Positions 9,530 through 19,300 of a DNA stretch of 64,000 bases are shown here, piece after piece. Within the stretch, counting starts at the first letter, position 1. Each line of letters begins with the position of its first letter. The notes under the pieces are model-generated. The model was given only the letters and a program-made list of their open reading frames with translations. It had not been told where the DNA came from and did not search any database. The translations under genes were made by a program, and so were the position numbers. The DNA is taken from the IMG/VR virus record IMGVR_UViG_3300034072_001021, positions 186,001 through 250,000 of that record; one strand, written 5' to 3'.

Positions 9530-9899
9530 CGATAAGCCCGATGACCTTCCGATCTCTGAGGCAGACATCAAACTCCTCAGTATTCAGATCGACCCGAATG
9601 ATCCTGATCCAAACAAGACTGTCAGGACTATCTTGGGTAATATGGTGAGTCACACCGATGCCACTGTCCCACTTGGAATGAGTTACGAACAGAGTGCCAA
9701 TTATGGCCCTGGTGATTCTTCCGGTATCGTGAAAACGGTAATCTCTGTAACGTACCACGGTCAGCAACACCGGATCGCGATTCCCTCTGAGTGTACTCTT
9801 AAGGAACTGTACATGGAAATTTCCCGTCAAGTCGCTGCGTTCGACCCTAACGGTGAAATCTGCCTGGAACGCCAAGGTATGGCCACTGATGCTTGGTAA
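9522..9899 (+). CDS. hypothetical protein
   Basis: 125 aa, aagga RBS. Confidence 0.7.
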   Translation: MSDDKPDDLPISEADIKLLSIQIDPNDPDPNKTVRTILGNMVSHTDATVPLGMSYEQSANYGPGDSSGIVKTVISVTYHGQQHRIAIPSECTLKELYMEISRQVAAFDPNGEICLERQGMATDAW

Positions 9900-9909
9900 A
9901 AGACACAGG

Positions 9910-9943
9910 GCATAGAGAGGAGGCTACGGCCTCCTCTCTATGC
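9910..9943. terminator. Bidirectional GCATAG-family hairpin
   Basis: Perfect 15-bp GCATAGAGAGGAGGC-tacg-GCCTCCTCTCTATGC between convergent genes. Confidence 0.8.
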
Positions 9944-9945
9944 TG

Positions 9946-11055
9946 TCACTCGAGATATTGCTTGATATTGCGGGCAATGTAGTCGGCCAAGTACTCAGCT
10001 ACGTCAGCTGGGATCTGGTTGACCAGATACTTACCACTCTCTGCCTCACGCAAGCTACGACGAATCCGATTCCGGTCTGCGTCGTTCTTTACGTTCTTAC
10101 TGAGGTAATCGAAACGTAGCAACATTGCAATGCATGGAAGACGTGCAATGGTCAGTGCCCAGATCGCTTGGTTGGTGTAGGCAATGTCGGGCATCTTGAC
10201 GACCTGCAGAAGATTATCCTGACCAATCACCGGGATGTTGGCCATGATTTCCATGTAGGTGTGCGTCTGAGAGATGAACTTGTCCACCACATCCTTGAGC
10301 GCCTTCTCAACCCGAGGGTAGAAGTCTGCCAGATAGAACGGCATGTCGCTGTCCAGTCTGACGTAATCCTGACTGCCCAGAAGAGAATGCACGGTATTCA
10401 GAATAGCCACATCCAAATGACTGGTCAGCATATTGGGAATGATGACCTGAGTAAGGAAGTGAGCCACTGGCTGAACGAAACCATCAGGAGCAGTGTTAGC
10501 CACTGTCATCCGCCACAAGTGGTACTGACATGCTAGAAGCGGGATATTGATTTCCACTACAGCAGTAGCGCCTTTAGCAAGACCCTTGATCTCGTTGGTA
10601 CCGTCAAGTTCAATGATACCGCAACCACTGACTGGATGTGACAGAACCCGGATAGGACTCATGTCTTTCCAGTTGAACCAGATCTGAGCAGGTGTGATTG
10701 TGTCATCAGCGATTGCAATGATGATCTCTTTTACACCTTTGCCATAGAAATAGCTGTCGGTGGTGACTCGGCCGTGGTGCGCCCCGTTACAGAACCCCAT
10801 CTGACCAGCCAGACGATTCACGATGCTGGACACCCGTAGGTAGTAATCGGGAAGGTCACCGTCAAACTTGACATCTATCTGCCCAAGGATGCGCTGAAGG
10901 ATATGGTCGCTCTTCAGGTAGCCTGGGTTCAATGCTCGGTAGCGTCGATACTGACCTACCTGTACATTAAGGATCTCTCGCTTAATGTTGTCAAAGGCCA
11001 TCGTAGCAGTGTTTGTCTGCCGTAGCGTCAGGCCTGAATTGAAGAGTGCGTACAT
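9946..11055 (-). CDS. conserved phiKZ-like protein, probable virion component (gp52-like position)
   Basis: Long minus-strand ORF divergent from chimallin, as in phiKZ synteny; start 11055 or 11001. Confidence 0.7.
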   Translation of the reverse strand: MYALFNSGLTLRQTNTATMAFDNIKREILNVQVGQYRRYRALNPGYLKSDHILQRILGQIDVKFDGDLPDYYLRVSSIVNRLAGQMGFCNGAHHGRVTTDSYFYGKGVKEIIIAIADDTITPAQIWFNWKDMSPIRVLSHPVSGCGIIELDGTNEIKGLAKGATAVVEINIPLLACQYHLWRMTVANTAPDGFVQPVAHFLTQVIIPNMLTSHLDVAILNTVHSLLGSQDYVRLDSDMPFYLADFYPRVEKALKDVVDKFISQTHTYMEIMANIPVIGQDNLLQVVKMPDIAYTNQAIWALTIARLPCIAMLLRFDYLSKNVKNDADRNRIRRSLREAESGKYLVNQIPADVAEYLADYIARNIKQYLE

Positions 11056-11286
11056 GGAAATGGTTCCATTGTTAATAAGTCTCAAAGGATAGCTAGACTT
11101 ACAGCCAAACATCATTTCGTGTAAAAAATAACATGTTTACCCCTATTGTATAGGAGATGTGCTCCGGGCAGGGTTGTGACCCTGTCGCCAAGGGAGGGTA
11201 TTTCCTTTTCCCGGTTTTTATCGGTGTACACGCAGTAAAAATAAACCCCACCAACTGATACGATGAAGCACGGAATGTAAATTCCA

Positions 11287-11313
11287 TTCGAATTATTCAT
11301 GTAGATACATTAT
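11287..11313 (+). promoter_or_regulatory. Bipartite motif TTCGAA-N12-ATACATTAT upstream of chimallin
   Basis: The same motif with identical 12-nt spacing occurs at six intergenic sites. Confidence 0.7.
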
Positions 11314-11382
11314 CAACGTGAATAGTGGAGCAACGCTTCAACGTTCACTAGGCCTAGTAACAAAAACCCAAGGAGTGTTTCA

Positions 11383-13278
11383 ATGTCCGTCAACGATCCG
11401 CACAACGGTCAAGAATCCGTGAACACTGGCGCCGAGCAGCGTCAAGACCGTGCAGCCCCTCAGCAGCAACAGCGTCAGGCCCCGGTGGTTAACTCCATCC
11501 TCGACCTGAACCGTCTCCTGGGTGGCGGCATGTCCCGTCGCACCAGCGGTGAACAACTGATCGCCGCCATCGCCGCCTGCAAGTTCTGGTTCTCCGCTGA
11601 CCGTCAACTGGCCGCCGCCGGTGGCATCGATCTGACCAAGATCCAGGTGATCGGCCTGGAAGCTTCCGAGCACAACGTCGAGGTCTCCTCGGTCATCCTG
11701 GCCTACCCGGTCGAGTCCCAGGGCACCCTGCGTGTTCTGACTCACTTCCTGGCCCTGGAATCCAGCCTGGCTGAAGAGAACCAGGTCCGTACCGTCAACC
11801 TGAACCATCGCGACTACCCGCTGCCGGTAGTGGTCTCCGACTACATGACCGAGTCCTACATGGCTCTGGTCGATGAGATCGTGAAGAAGCACTTCGAGCA
11901 GTCCCGTCGCAACGTCGAAGTACAGCGTGCCGGCTGGCGCACCGTCTCCCGCAAGGTCAACTTCTCCGAGCCGGAAAGCACCGAAGCCCGCAACGTCGTG
12001 TTCTACGCCCAGGCGGCCATCGTGGCCATGTACAACCACGTCTACGAGCGTGACCTGTACTTCAGCCTCGAGTGGCTGAGCAAGAACTCCACCCTCGAGA
12101 TCTCGGTCGACATGTCCGGCCGTGAGGCCCACAGCGCCGATGGCCTGCCGCGCCGCCGCGACATCGCGGTGAACGTAGCCGGTAAGGTGGCCAAGGGCGA
12201 CCAGACTGCTTCGGTTGGCCTGGCCAGCCTGGGTGGTTACGTCAGCCTGATGTACTCGCCGCCCCAGGACGAAGACCGCTGGAATCGCAACGTCCGTCGC
12301 GATACCCCGTACTTCACTCCGACCCTGATCATCAACGCCATCGACACCGGCACCAACAGCATCACTGCTGAGCAGCTGCTGCTCGGTCTGGCCGGCGCTT
12401 CGGTGATCAGCTCCAACCAGGCGTGGGCTCAGACCTTCCTGCCGGGCGAAGTTGCCCGCGGTGAGATCGACTACCGTGACACCGGCCTCCTGGGCCTGCT
12501 CGGTCCGGACAAGACCGCTTTCGAGATCGAAGCACGTACCAACCTCGACACCGACAAGTGGGGTCAGTACTTCTTCTCCCTCGTGAACGAGAACCTGGCC
12601 TGGGCTATCGAACTCGAGGAGGGTGGTGACAACTCCTGGATCATGGGTCTGCTGCTCGACGCTGCTTCCGACACCAGCCCGAACCGTGACGCCGTACGTC
12701 GTCTGTACGACTTCGCCGATCGTCTGACCAACAACAACTTCTCCCGTCGCGCTGCCGAACTGGACGTCACCGTCCCGCTGCAGCTGTCCGGTGCCCGTTA
12801 CCTGACCGGTACCTGGATCGACGAGCGTGGTGAAGAGCGTGACCTGCGCGAGTGGGATCTGCTCCGTTGGATGGCCCAGAACCCGACCGACGAAGGCACC
12901 TCGGCCCTGAACTACCAGGACGTCATCGACCGCGTCGACCTAGACGTGGAAGTGCGCGTATCCGAGCAGTTCACCCAGCTGACCAGTGCTCTGGGCGCGT
13001 CGAACGTGAAGTTCAGCCGCTACGTCGACCTGGCGTACATCAATCCGAAGTTCATCCAGGCCCTGGCCGCTGCTGTGGCAGACTGCAAGATCAACATCGA
13101 TCAGCGCAGCGCTCACTACAGCTTCGGCGCTCGTCGTCTGCGTGGCAACACTCGCATCCGCGATTTCGTGGGTGGCGACCTGACCAACGGCATGCTGTCC
13201 AGCCGTCGGATCGGTGGCAACGAGCGTTCCCTGCGTGGTCACGTGGGCAACGGCTTCGGCCATGGTTCGTCCTTCTAA
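11383..13278 (+). CDS. chmA: chimallin / PhuN nuclear shell protein
   Basis: 631 aa with a Q-rich disordered N-terminus. GTWIDERGEERDLREWD and YINPKFIQAL resemble chimallin segments. It lies directly upstream of the nvRNAP beta' subunit and has extreme codon bias. Confidence 0.9.
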   Translation: MSVNDPHNGQESVNTGAEQRQDRAAPQQQQRQAPVVNSILDLNRLLGGGMSRRTSGEQLIAAIAACKFWFSADRQLAAAGGIDLTKIQVIGLEASEHNVEVSSVILAYPVESQGTLRVLTHFLALESSLAEENQVRTVNLNHRDYPLPVVVSDYMTESYMALVDEIVKKHFEQSRRNVEVQRAGWRTVSRKVNFSEPESTEARNVVFYAQAAIVAMYNHVYERDLYFSLEWLSKNSTLEISVDMSGREAHSADGLPRRRDIAVNVAGKVAKGDQTASVGLASLGGYVSLMYSPPQDEDRWNRNVRRDTPYFTPTLIINAIDTGTNSITAEQLLLGLAGASVISSNQAWAQTFLPGEVARGEIDYRDTGLLGLLGPDKTAFEIEARTNLDTDKWGQYFFSLVNENLAWAIELEEGGDNSWIMGLLLDAASDTSPNRDAVRRLYDFADRLTNNNFSRRAAELDVTVPLQLSGARYLTGTWIDERGEERDLREWDLLRWMAQNPTDEGTSALNYQDVIDRVDLDVEVRVSEQFTQLTSALGASNVKFSRYVDLAYINPKFIQALAAAVADCKINIDQRSAHYSFGARRLRGNTRIRDFVGGDLTNGMLSSRRIGGNERSLRGHVGNGFGHGSSF

Positions 13279-13303
13279 GTAAGGTCGGTCCGTTAAATAG
13301 TTT

Positions 13304-13321
13304 GGGGAGCTTCGGCTCCCC
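13304..13321 (+). terminator. Rho-independent terminator
   Basis: ggggagc-TTCG-gctcccc followed by a T-rich tract. Confidence 0.75.
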
Positions 13322-13363
13322 AGGCTATGTTCTTTTGTTTTAATCCCAACCACAGGAGCGAGC

Positions 13364-14827
13364 ATGAACAAACGCAATGGCATTTACTTGCGGGTGCTCA
13401 ACTACGACACTATGTTCCGGCATATGTCGACCCAGGCAATCCTCATGAACGACTTCAACATCGATCTGGAGAGCGACCGCCTGAAGTTGAATCGCCTCAT
13501 TTATGCCAGCCTTGATGGTGACTCACTCAGCAACACAGCAAGCTGCGACTGTGGTGAAATCGTCGGCATGGATAATTACGGTGTGCGCTGTAACACCTGT
13601 CTGTCCACTGTCGTACCGATCACCGAAAAGCCGCTGGAATCGAAGCTGTGGCTGCGCGTCCCTCCGGGCATCAAGGCGTTCATTAACCTGACCGTCTGGC
13701 GCATTCTTTCCAAGAACCTGACTCACTCCAACTTCAGTATCCTCGAGTACCTGTGCAACCCCCGCTACCAACCGCCTGGCAATCTCGCGGTAGACAAGAT
13801 GCGGAAACTGGAACGCCTGGAAATCCCTCGCGGCTACAACCATTTCATCGAGAACTACGAAGCAATCCTGGTGGCGTTGTTCAAGGCCGGCCTGCTCGGG
13901 CCTTCTGCCTCGGCACGTCAGCGGCGCAAGATCATGCGCTTCCTCCAGGAAAACTACGACCGTACGTTCTCCGAGTACATGCCATTCCCGACACGCCTGG
14001 GCTTTATCCGGGAGAGCGCGAATAACCGCATCACGGCCGACCCGAAGATGGTAGCAGCGATCAACGCCGCGCACATCCTCATCGGTATCGAGACTCGTGA
14101 GTCGGCTGAGAACCAGCCCAAGCTCACACAAGCGGTTAAAGAGGCTCGGGTAGTCACGGCGCTACAGGGCATGGATTCGTACTACAAGACTTTCGAGTCT
14201 GAAATCGTCTTCAAGAAACCGGGCATTTCCCGTAAGCTGGTATATGGCACCAAGCCGTACTTCAGTTTCCGGGCAGTGATTACCTCCCGCCAGAAGCCGC
14301 ACCGCCAAGATGGATTGGAGCTGCCCTGGTCGTTGAGTACGTTGCTGTTCAAGCTCCATCTGCAGAACAAGCTGATGGATCGGAACTACACGCCCAATGA
14401 AATGGAGGCGATGATCTACGAGAACACGCTGCGTTGGCACCCTGAGTTGGATCGTCTGTTCAAAGAGCTACTTGCCGAGGCTCCGAATGGTACCATCCCA
14501 ACGACCTTCGGGCGCAACCCGACGCTGACTCGCGGATCGATTGGCTACAACCAGATCGACACCATCAAGACAGACCCGACGGATAACACCATCTCCCTGT
14601 CTCCGCTGAACCTGATCGACAAGAACGCCGACTACGATGGCGACGCGCTGTGGGGTGAGCTTCCGCTCGACCATAAGAACGCCAAAATCATGTCCCGCCT
14701 TGACCCGGTCACCGGCGTGATGGACCTCAATAAACCTTTCACCGTCTCGCGAAACACGACGTTGCCGGCGCCGCTTATCGCGACCCTGACGAACTGGATC
14801 ATTGAGGGCGACGCTGTATCGAAATAA
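13364..14827 (+). CDS. non-virion RNA polymerase beta' N-terminal subunit (phiKZ gp55/56.1-like)
   Basis: Zn site CDC..CNTC, FRAVIT, RNPTL and the catalytic NADYDGD motif. Confidence 0.92.
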   Translation: MNKRNGIYLRVLNYDTMFRHMSTQAILMNDFNIDLESDRLKLNRLIYASLDGDSLSNTASCDCGEIVGMDNYGVRCNTCLSTVVPITEKPLESKLWLRVPPGIKAFINLTVWRILSKNLTHSNFSILEYLCNPRYQPPGNLAVDKMRKLERLEIPRGYNHFIENYEAILVALFKAGLLGPSASARQRRKIMRFLQENYDRTFSEYMPFPTRLGFIRESANNRITADPKMVAAINAAHILIGIETRESAENQPKLTQAVKEARVVTALQGMDSYYKTFESEIVFKKPGISRKLVYGTKPYFSFRAVITSRQKPHRQDGLELPWSLSTLLFKLHLQNKLMDRNYTPNEMEAMIYENTLRWHPELDRLFKELLAEAPNGTIPTTFGRNPTLTRGSIGYNQIDTIKTDPTDNTISLSPLNLIDKNADYDGDALWGELPLDHKNAKIMSRLDPVTGVMDLNKPFTVSRNTTLPAPLIATLTNWIIEGDAVSK

Positions 14828-14842
14828 GGAGCAACCAAACCG

Positions 14843-15466
14843 ATGGCAATTGCAGTCTATGCAAGCGACGATGACTACGGCTTCATGCGCTATGGTCTTC
14901 CCTCCACCAACGAGAGAAGCATGCTGCGTGACCGAATCGAGCACACCGCTCGCTCGCACGGGTTGCTGGATACGGACTTCTATCGCCGAGCGATAGATAA
15001 GTTCAACTCCATCGACTTCGAGCGCATTGAGCGCAAGATCGAGGCCGTCCGTCGTAAGGTGACCCACATCTTCGACCGCGACATCATTAAACCGATGTCG
15101 TCGATCGGGGAGTTCCAGCAAGCAGGTCCCAATCAAGCTCGCTGGCTCATGGCAAACCCACGGGCTAAGAAATTGTTCGAGCAAGATATGATCCATGGCT
15201 GGCGTGACATGTTCACCAATCGTAACCCAGGCCGTTATGGGGACGATGATCCTGACTACCAACAGGTGATGAACGGTCTTGCCCAGTTTGACGACGAGGG
15301 CAATGAGAAGTTCGTGCAGTATCTGCATCTCTACGATGAAGATGGCCGTACGGAACTCTCGTTCGCCGACCAAGTCAGGGTCAGGGACAGCATGTGGGCT
15401 AACTTCAACGCGTTCCTAGACGAGGGCCTTGACGACCCTTCGGACGAAAACAACGGTTCGTTGTAA
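14843..15466 (+). CDS. conserved phiKZ-like hypothetical protein
   Basis: 207 aa, aggag RBS, in the core block. Confidence 0.8.
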   Translation: MAIAVYASDDDYGFMRYGLPSTNERSMLRDRIEHTARSHGLLDTDFYRRAIDKFNSIDFERIERKIEAVRRKVTHIFDRDIIKPMSSIGEFQQAGPNQARWLMANPRAKKLFEQDMIHGWRDMFTNRNPGRYGDDDPDYQQVMNGLAQFDDEGNEKFVQYLHLYDEDGRTELSFADQVRVRDSMWANFNAFLDEGLDDPSDENNGSL

Positions 15467-15540
15467 TAAGGAAGCACAGCACATGCCTTGATGGTATGTG
15501 CTGTGTCTACCCTTAATTTCTTTTTTGTCCGAGGTGAACA

Positions 15541-15966
15541 ATGGCTAAAGTCGTCCCCGTCCTTGGTCCTGCAGGTTTTTCATCAGACCTCACGATCAAA
15601 GCAGATGAAGTCATGGCCAATTTCTACATTGGTCAACGATCCCAGTCTGACATGTTTCGCGGGTTCACTGTAAGTCTGAGCGATATTATCGCCCGTTACG
15701 GTAACTCTGAAATCGAGGTAGTGCGTGAACTGCGCAGTAAACTCGAACCCTATCTGGAGCGTCAGTTTGATGAGGTGACGCTGGATGTCACCAGCACATC
15801 TACCGACACCAGTATTCAAATACAGATCTCGGCTATGTTACGAGACGGTAACAAGAGTGTCGATATTGCGCACGTTGTATCGTCAGCCGATTCGAAGATT
15901 CGATCCATCATCGATCTTCAAAATGACGGAAGGCCACTGCGTTTGGCTGACCAACTCTTCAAGTAA
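15541..15966 (+). CDS. conserved protein, possibly gp25-like baseplate/sheath-initiator fold
   Basis: 141 aa, gaggt RBS. The helix then YLERQFDEVTLDVT..IQIQIS pattern is only suggestive of the fold. Confidence 0.6.
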   Translation: MAKVVPVLGPAGFSSDLTIKADEVMANFYIGQRSQSDMFRGFTVSLSDIIARYGNSEIEVVRELRSKLEPYLERQFDEVTLDVTSTSTDTSIQIQISAMLRDGNKSVDIAHVVSSADSKIRSIIDLQNDGRPLRLADQLFK

Positions 15967-15977
15967 TGGAGCTTCAA

Positions 15978-16559
15978 ATGTCCGAGCACGAGCAAAACCA
16001 AGACAACCGCCTGGCCTCGCTGGAAGAGCGCGTAGCGCAGCTGGAAACCAGCCTGCTGCAGGCCAACGACACCATCATCGGCCTGCAACGCACCATCGTC
16101 GAAATCACCGCTGACCACGTGAACCGCATCTTCAACGATCAAGTCCTGCTGGACTCCATCGCTCAACGCGTTCTGGTCGCCGGCGCCAACGCCATCTCCT
16201 TCAAGGCCAAGGCCTCCCGTCAGCAAGCCCCCGAGCTGATGGTCGTGGAAGGCTATCTGAAAGGCGCCATCCGCGTCACCCTGAACGATGAAGGCGTCCT
16301 GGTCGAGATGGAAGACAATCCGGGCAGCGGCAACTGGGTCACTGGCGAAGAACTGCCGGAAGGCATGCGTTCCCCGGAAGTCGCCCACGTGTTCGGTGAT
16401 CTGCTGATCTCCTACGGCGCCGAAGTCGGCAAGGCCTACTTCATCATGGAGAAGGGCGACATCGAAGCCGCACGTGCAGAAGCCAACAAGGCTGCACTGG
16501 CGCTGACTGGTCTGGGTGAAAGCAGCGAAGAACAACCTGCTCCCGAAACCACTCACTGA
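15978..16559 (+). CDS. hypothetical protein with N-terminal coiled coil
   Basis: LASLEERVAQLETSLLQ heptads; strong codon bias; start 15966 or 15978. Confidence 0.8.
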   Translation: MSEHEQNQDNRLASLEERVAQLETSLLQANDTIIGLQRTIVEITADHVNRIFNDQVLLDSIAQRVLVAGANAISFKAKASRQQAPELMVVEGYLKGAIRVTLNDEGVLVEMEDNPGSGNWVTGEELPEGMRSPEVAHVFGDLLISYGAEVGKAYFIMEKGDIEAARAEANKAALALTGLGESSEEQPAPETTH

Positions 16560-16603
16560 TCGGCCAGGGGAGGGAAACCTCCCCATCCATTGGAGATAAG
16601 ACC

Positions 16604-17194
16604 ATGCAACTGAACGAAAACGATTTCAGTGAACTGGAAGCCATGGGTCGTGATACCTGTGCTCGTCTGCGCGAATCCGACTTCGTCAAGCGCCTACTGC
16701 CGCACCTGATCCCGTCTGAAGACGGCGACACCAATCGTCGTGTCGACATCTACGTGGCAGCTGCTGGTCATGCCAATCGCATGATCGAGGTGGTCGCCGA
16801 CAACAACCCTGAAAAGGTGTTGTATGTCGTTCCTCCACTGATCTCTCAGACCCCGATGGTGATCCGTTCTGAAGACTCTCGCCCCGAGACTTCGGTCAAC
16901 GTGCTGGCAGACGAGTTCGAAGTATCGATCACCACTCAGCATCCTGGTTATGTCATTGACCAGTATGTCCGTCGTCTGGTAGACCTGGCGTATAGCCCGA
17001 CCGACGCCATTTCCATGCTGTACTCGCGTATGTGGGCCTCGATCTACATGCGTTACAACATTCCGCTGGAACGCCTGTTTGGCGATCAGGCCGATGCCGT
17101 CCGGAAAGAGTTCAATCTGGATCAGACAGCAACGGCTGAAGAAAAGGGCCCAAAACTCGATGACTTCACCGAAGACGATTTCGAACCCATGTGA
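16604..17194 (+). CDS. conserved phiKZ-like hypothetical protein
   Basis: 196 aa, ggag RBS, acidic tail. Confidence 0.8.
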   Translation: MQLNENDFSELEAMGRDTCARLRESDFVKRLLPHLIPSEDGDTNRRVDIYVAAAGHANRMIEVVADNNPEKVLYVVPPLISQTPMVIRSEDSRPETSVNVLADEFEVSITTQHPGYVIDQYVRRLVDLAYSPTDAISMLYSRMWASIYMRYNIPLERLFGDQADAVRKEFNLDQTATAEEKGPKLDDFTEDDFEPM

Positions 17195-17210
17195 ATTGAC
17201 GCCCTTGGCC

Positions 17211-18353
17211 ATGGGTGTCATGAAAGCCAATCGCACTGACAAGTTCTTTGCGACGGTCTCTGACATCCATCTGGCCCATCCTCGGACAAATACCTACCAC
17301 ATCATCGAGAGCCTCAGGCAGGCATTTCCCGATAATGCGGAGACAGGCAATCTAGATATCATCTTCTTTGCCGGTGATGTGTTTGACCGTCTGATGAATC
17401 TGCCTCAAGATGAGGTGGACGCCATTCAAGAATGGATCGCGGATTTCTTGAAGATCTGCGTGAAATGGAACATTCTGGTTCGTGTCCTCGAAGGTACGCC
17501 GAGTCACGACTGGCATCAGTCCAAGCAATTCGTTAACGTCAACTCGGCGTTGGAAATACAGGCCAATCTCAAGTACGTCGAAACCCTCAGCATTGAGGTG
17601 ATCAATGAGCTTGGTGGTATGAGTGTCCTGTACGTTCCCGATGAATGGAATGCCGATGCTTCAGTTACTTGGAGTCAGGTACAAGAACTCCTGAGTATTC
17701 ATGGGATGCAGAAAGTCGACATCGCGTGCATGCACGGATCGTTCGACTACCAGCTCCCGATTCAGTCACCAAAGAACCACAACAGCGAAAACTACCAGTC
17801 CATCGTCAGGCACTATATCACGATCGGACATGTCCATATTCGCAGCGAGAATGGCATCATTCTGGCTCAAGGTTCATTGGATCGACTGTCGCATGGCGAG
17901 GAAGCTGCCAAGGGTCATTACAGGGCCTGCATTTCCCAAGATGGCAATTACCATTGGTTCGTTGAAAACACCAATGCCAAGATCTACAAGACCTTGGATT
18001 GTCGGGAGATGGAGTTGACCGAAGTGTTCGAGACGATGGAGGAAATGGAGAACTTCCCTGACGGTTCTTACTTCCGCCTTCTTATCAAACGCGACTCGGT
18101 TGTGCACCATGGTCTGAAAGACCTCAGGAAGCGCTTCCCCCAGTTTACGATCACCACTCAGATGGATGAGCTTAAACGTGCAGAGGATGCCCATCTCCTG
18201 CATGCTTACGATCAGAACACGATCGTCAAGCCCATCACGATCACCCCGACCAACGTCTGGCAGGTGCTCGACGAACACATGCGTAAGAAATACCCAGACA
18301 TCCCCGCTAATCAAGCACAGTCGATTGCTAAGGTGCTTGAAAAGTATAAGTAG
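17211..18353 (+). CDS. SbcD/Mre11-like metallophosphoesterase nuclease (gp65-like)
   Basis: SDIH, AGDVFD, GTPSHD, MHG and GHVH motifs. Confidence 0.88.
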   Translation: MGVMKANRTDKFFATVSDIHLAHPRTNTYHIIESLRQAFPDNAETGNLDIIFFAGDVFDRLMNLPQDEVDAIQEWIADFLKICVKWNILVRVLEGTPSHDWHQSKQFVNVNSALEIQANLKYVETLSIEVINELGGMSVLYVPDEWNADASVTWSQVQELLSIHGMQKVDIACMHGSFDYQLPIQSPKNHNSENYQSIVRHYITIGHVHIRSENGIILAQGSLDRLSHGEEAAKGHYRACISQDGNYHWFVENTNAKIYKTLDCREMELTEVFETMEEMENFPDGSYFRLLIKRDSVVHHGLKDLRKRFPQFTITTQMDELKRAEDAHLLHAYDQNTIVKPITITPTNVWQVLDEHMRKKYPDIPANQAQSIAKVLEKYK

Positions 18354-18361
18354 GAGTCAGC

Positions 18362-19231
18362 ATGGCCATCGATCAGTACGCCATGGAGGCCCTCTCCAGC
18401 CGGGAGAAGGGGCAAATACCCATCTCCATCGGCAGTAGTCTGGCCCTCGAGGGTGCTTTCGGCATCCTCGAGGATAACCACAATCCAAAACCAATCATCA
18501 ACAATGTCGACGTCTTGTACGTTAACATCCGGACATTGATCCGGAACATGGTCGGTTCGATTGCAGGAGACCATCTCCACAACGTTCTTCCTGAAGATCT
18601 GGCTAATACTCTGCTCAATGAACTAACCATCATTGAACAGGCTGTTAAGACAGTTTCCAACGGACGGGTTTCGGTAGTACCTTACCTGTGTAGCTATCGG
18701 AGTCTTCCCAGAAAGTTCCCGTTCGCTATCCTTAAAGCAGCTCGCACTGATCTTCAGCAGCAGGCAGCTATGAGGGAAGAGAACACGGTCATTGAGTTCA
18801 AGGAAATCGCTAAAGTCCACCACTACACCAACTTGGTGGAGACGGACATCGACCTTCCCAACGACTCTCGCCGTGTACTCCTCATGACCAACTACGCGGT
18901 TGATCTGCTTCAGCGTTATAAGTTCGGATCGGTGACGTTGCTGGAATCGCATACCGGCGCTACCAAGCCTCCGGCCTTATGGCACACCAAGCTGACCAAC
19001 GGCAAAGAGTTGCCCAATATCCCGTTTGACCGGATGACCCTCCAGTTCTTCGGTGATGGTGGTAACTTATTTACAGGTTATCCAATCAAGTATCGTCGCA
19101 TTCTGCTGGCGATTGCTGAAAAGAACCGCTGGACAGCTATGACTACTAAGGACTATATCCTGAGTTCCGTGAAGAAGGCTTACGAGCCCGAATTGGAACG
19201 TCTGATCATCAGTCTTTACGCCAAAGCCTGA
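18362..19231 (+). CDS. conserved phiKZ-like protein (gp66-like position)
   Basis: 289 aa, aggag RBS, synteny. Confidence 0.75.
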   Translation: MAIDQYAMEALSSREKGQIPISIGSSLALEGAFGILEDNHNPKPIINNVDVLYVNIRTLIRNMVGSIAGDHLHNVLPEDLANTLLNELTIIEQAVKTVSNGRVSVVPYLCSYRSLPRKFPFAILKAARTDLQQQAAMREENTVIEFKEIAKVHHYTNLVETDIDLPNDSRRVLLMTNYAVDLLQRYKFGSVTLLESHTGATKPPALWHTKLTNGKELPNIPFDRMTLQFFGDGGNLFTGYPIKYRRILLAIAEKNRWTAMTTKDYILSSVKKAYEPELERLIISLYAKA

Positions 19232-19300
19232 CGGCCACGTAAAAAAATAACTCACAGACCCATGATGTGAGTGCTCACTTCTTTAAAATTCGGAGGCGAA

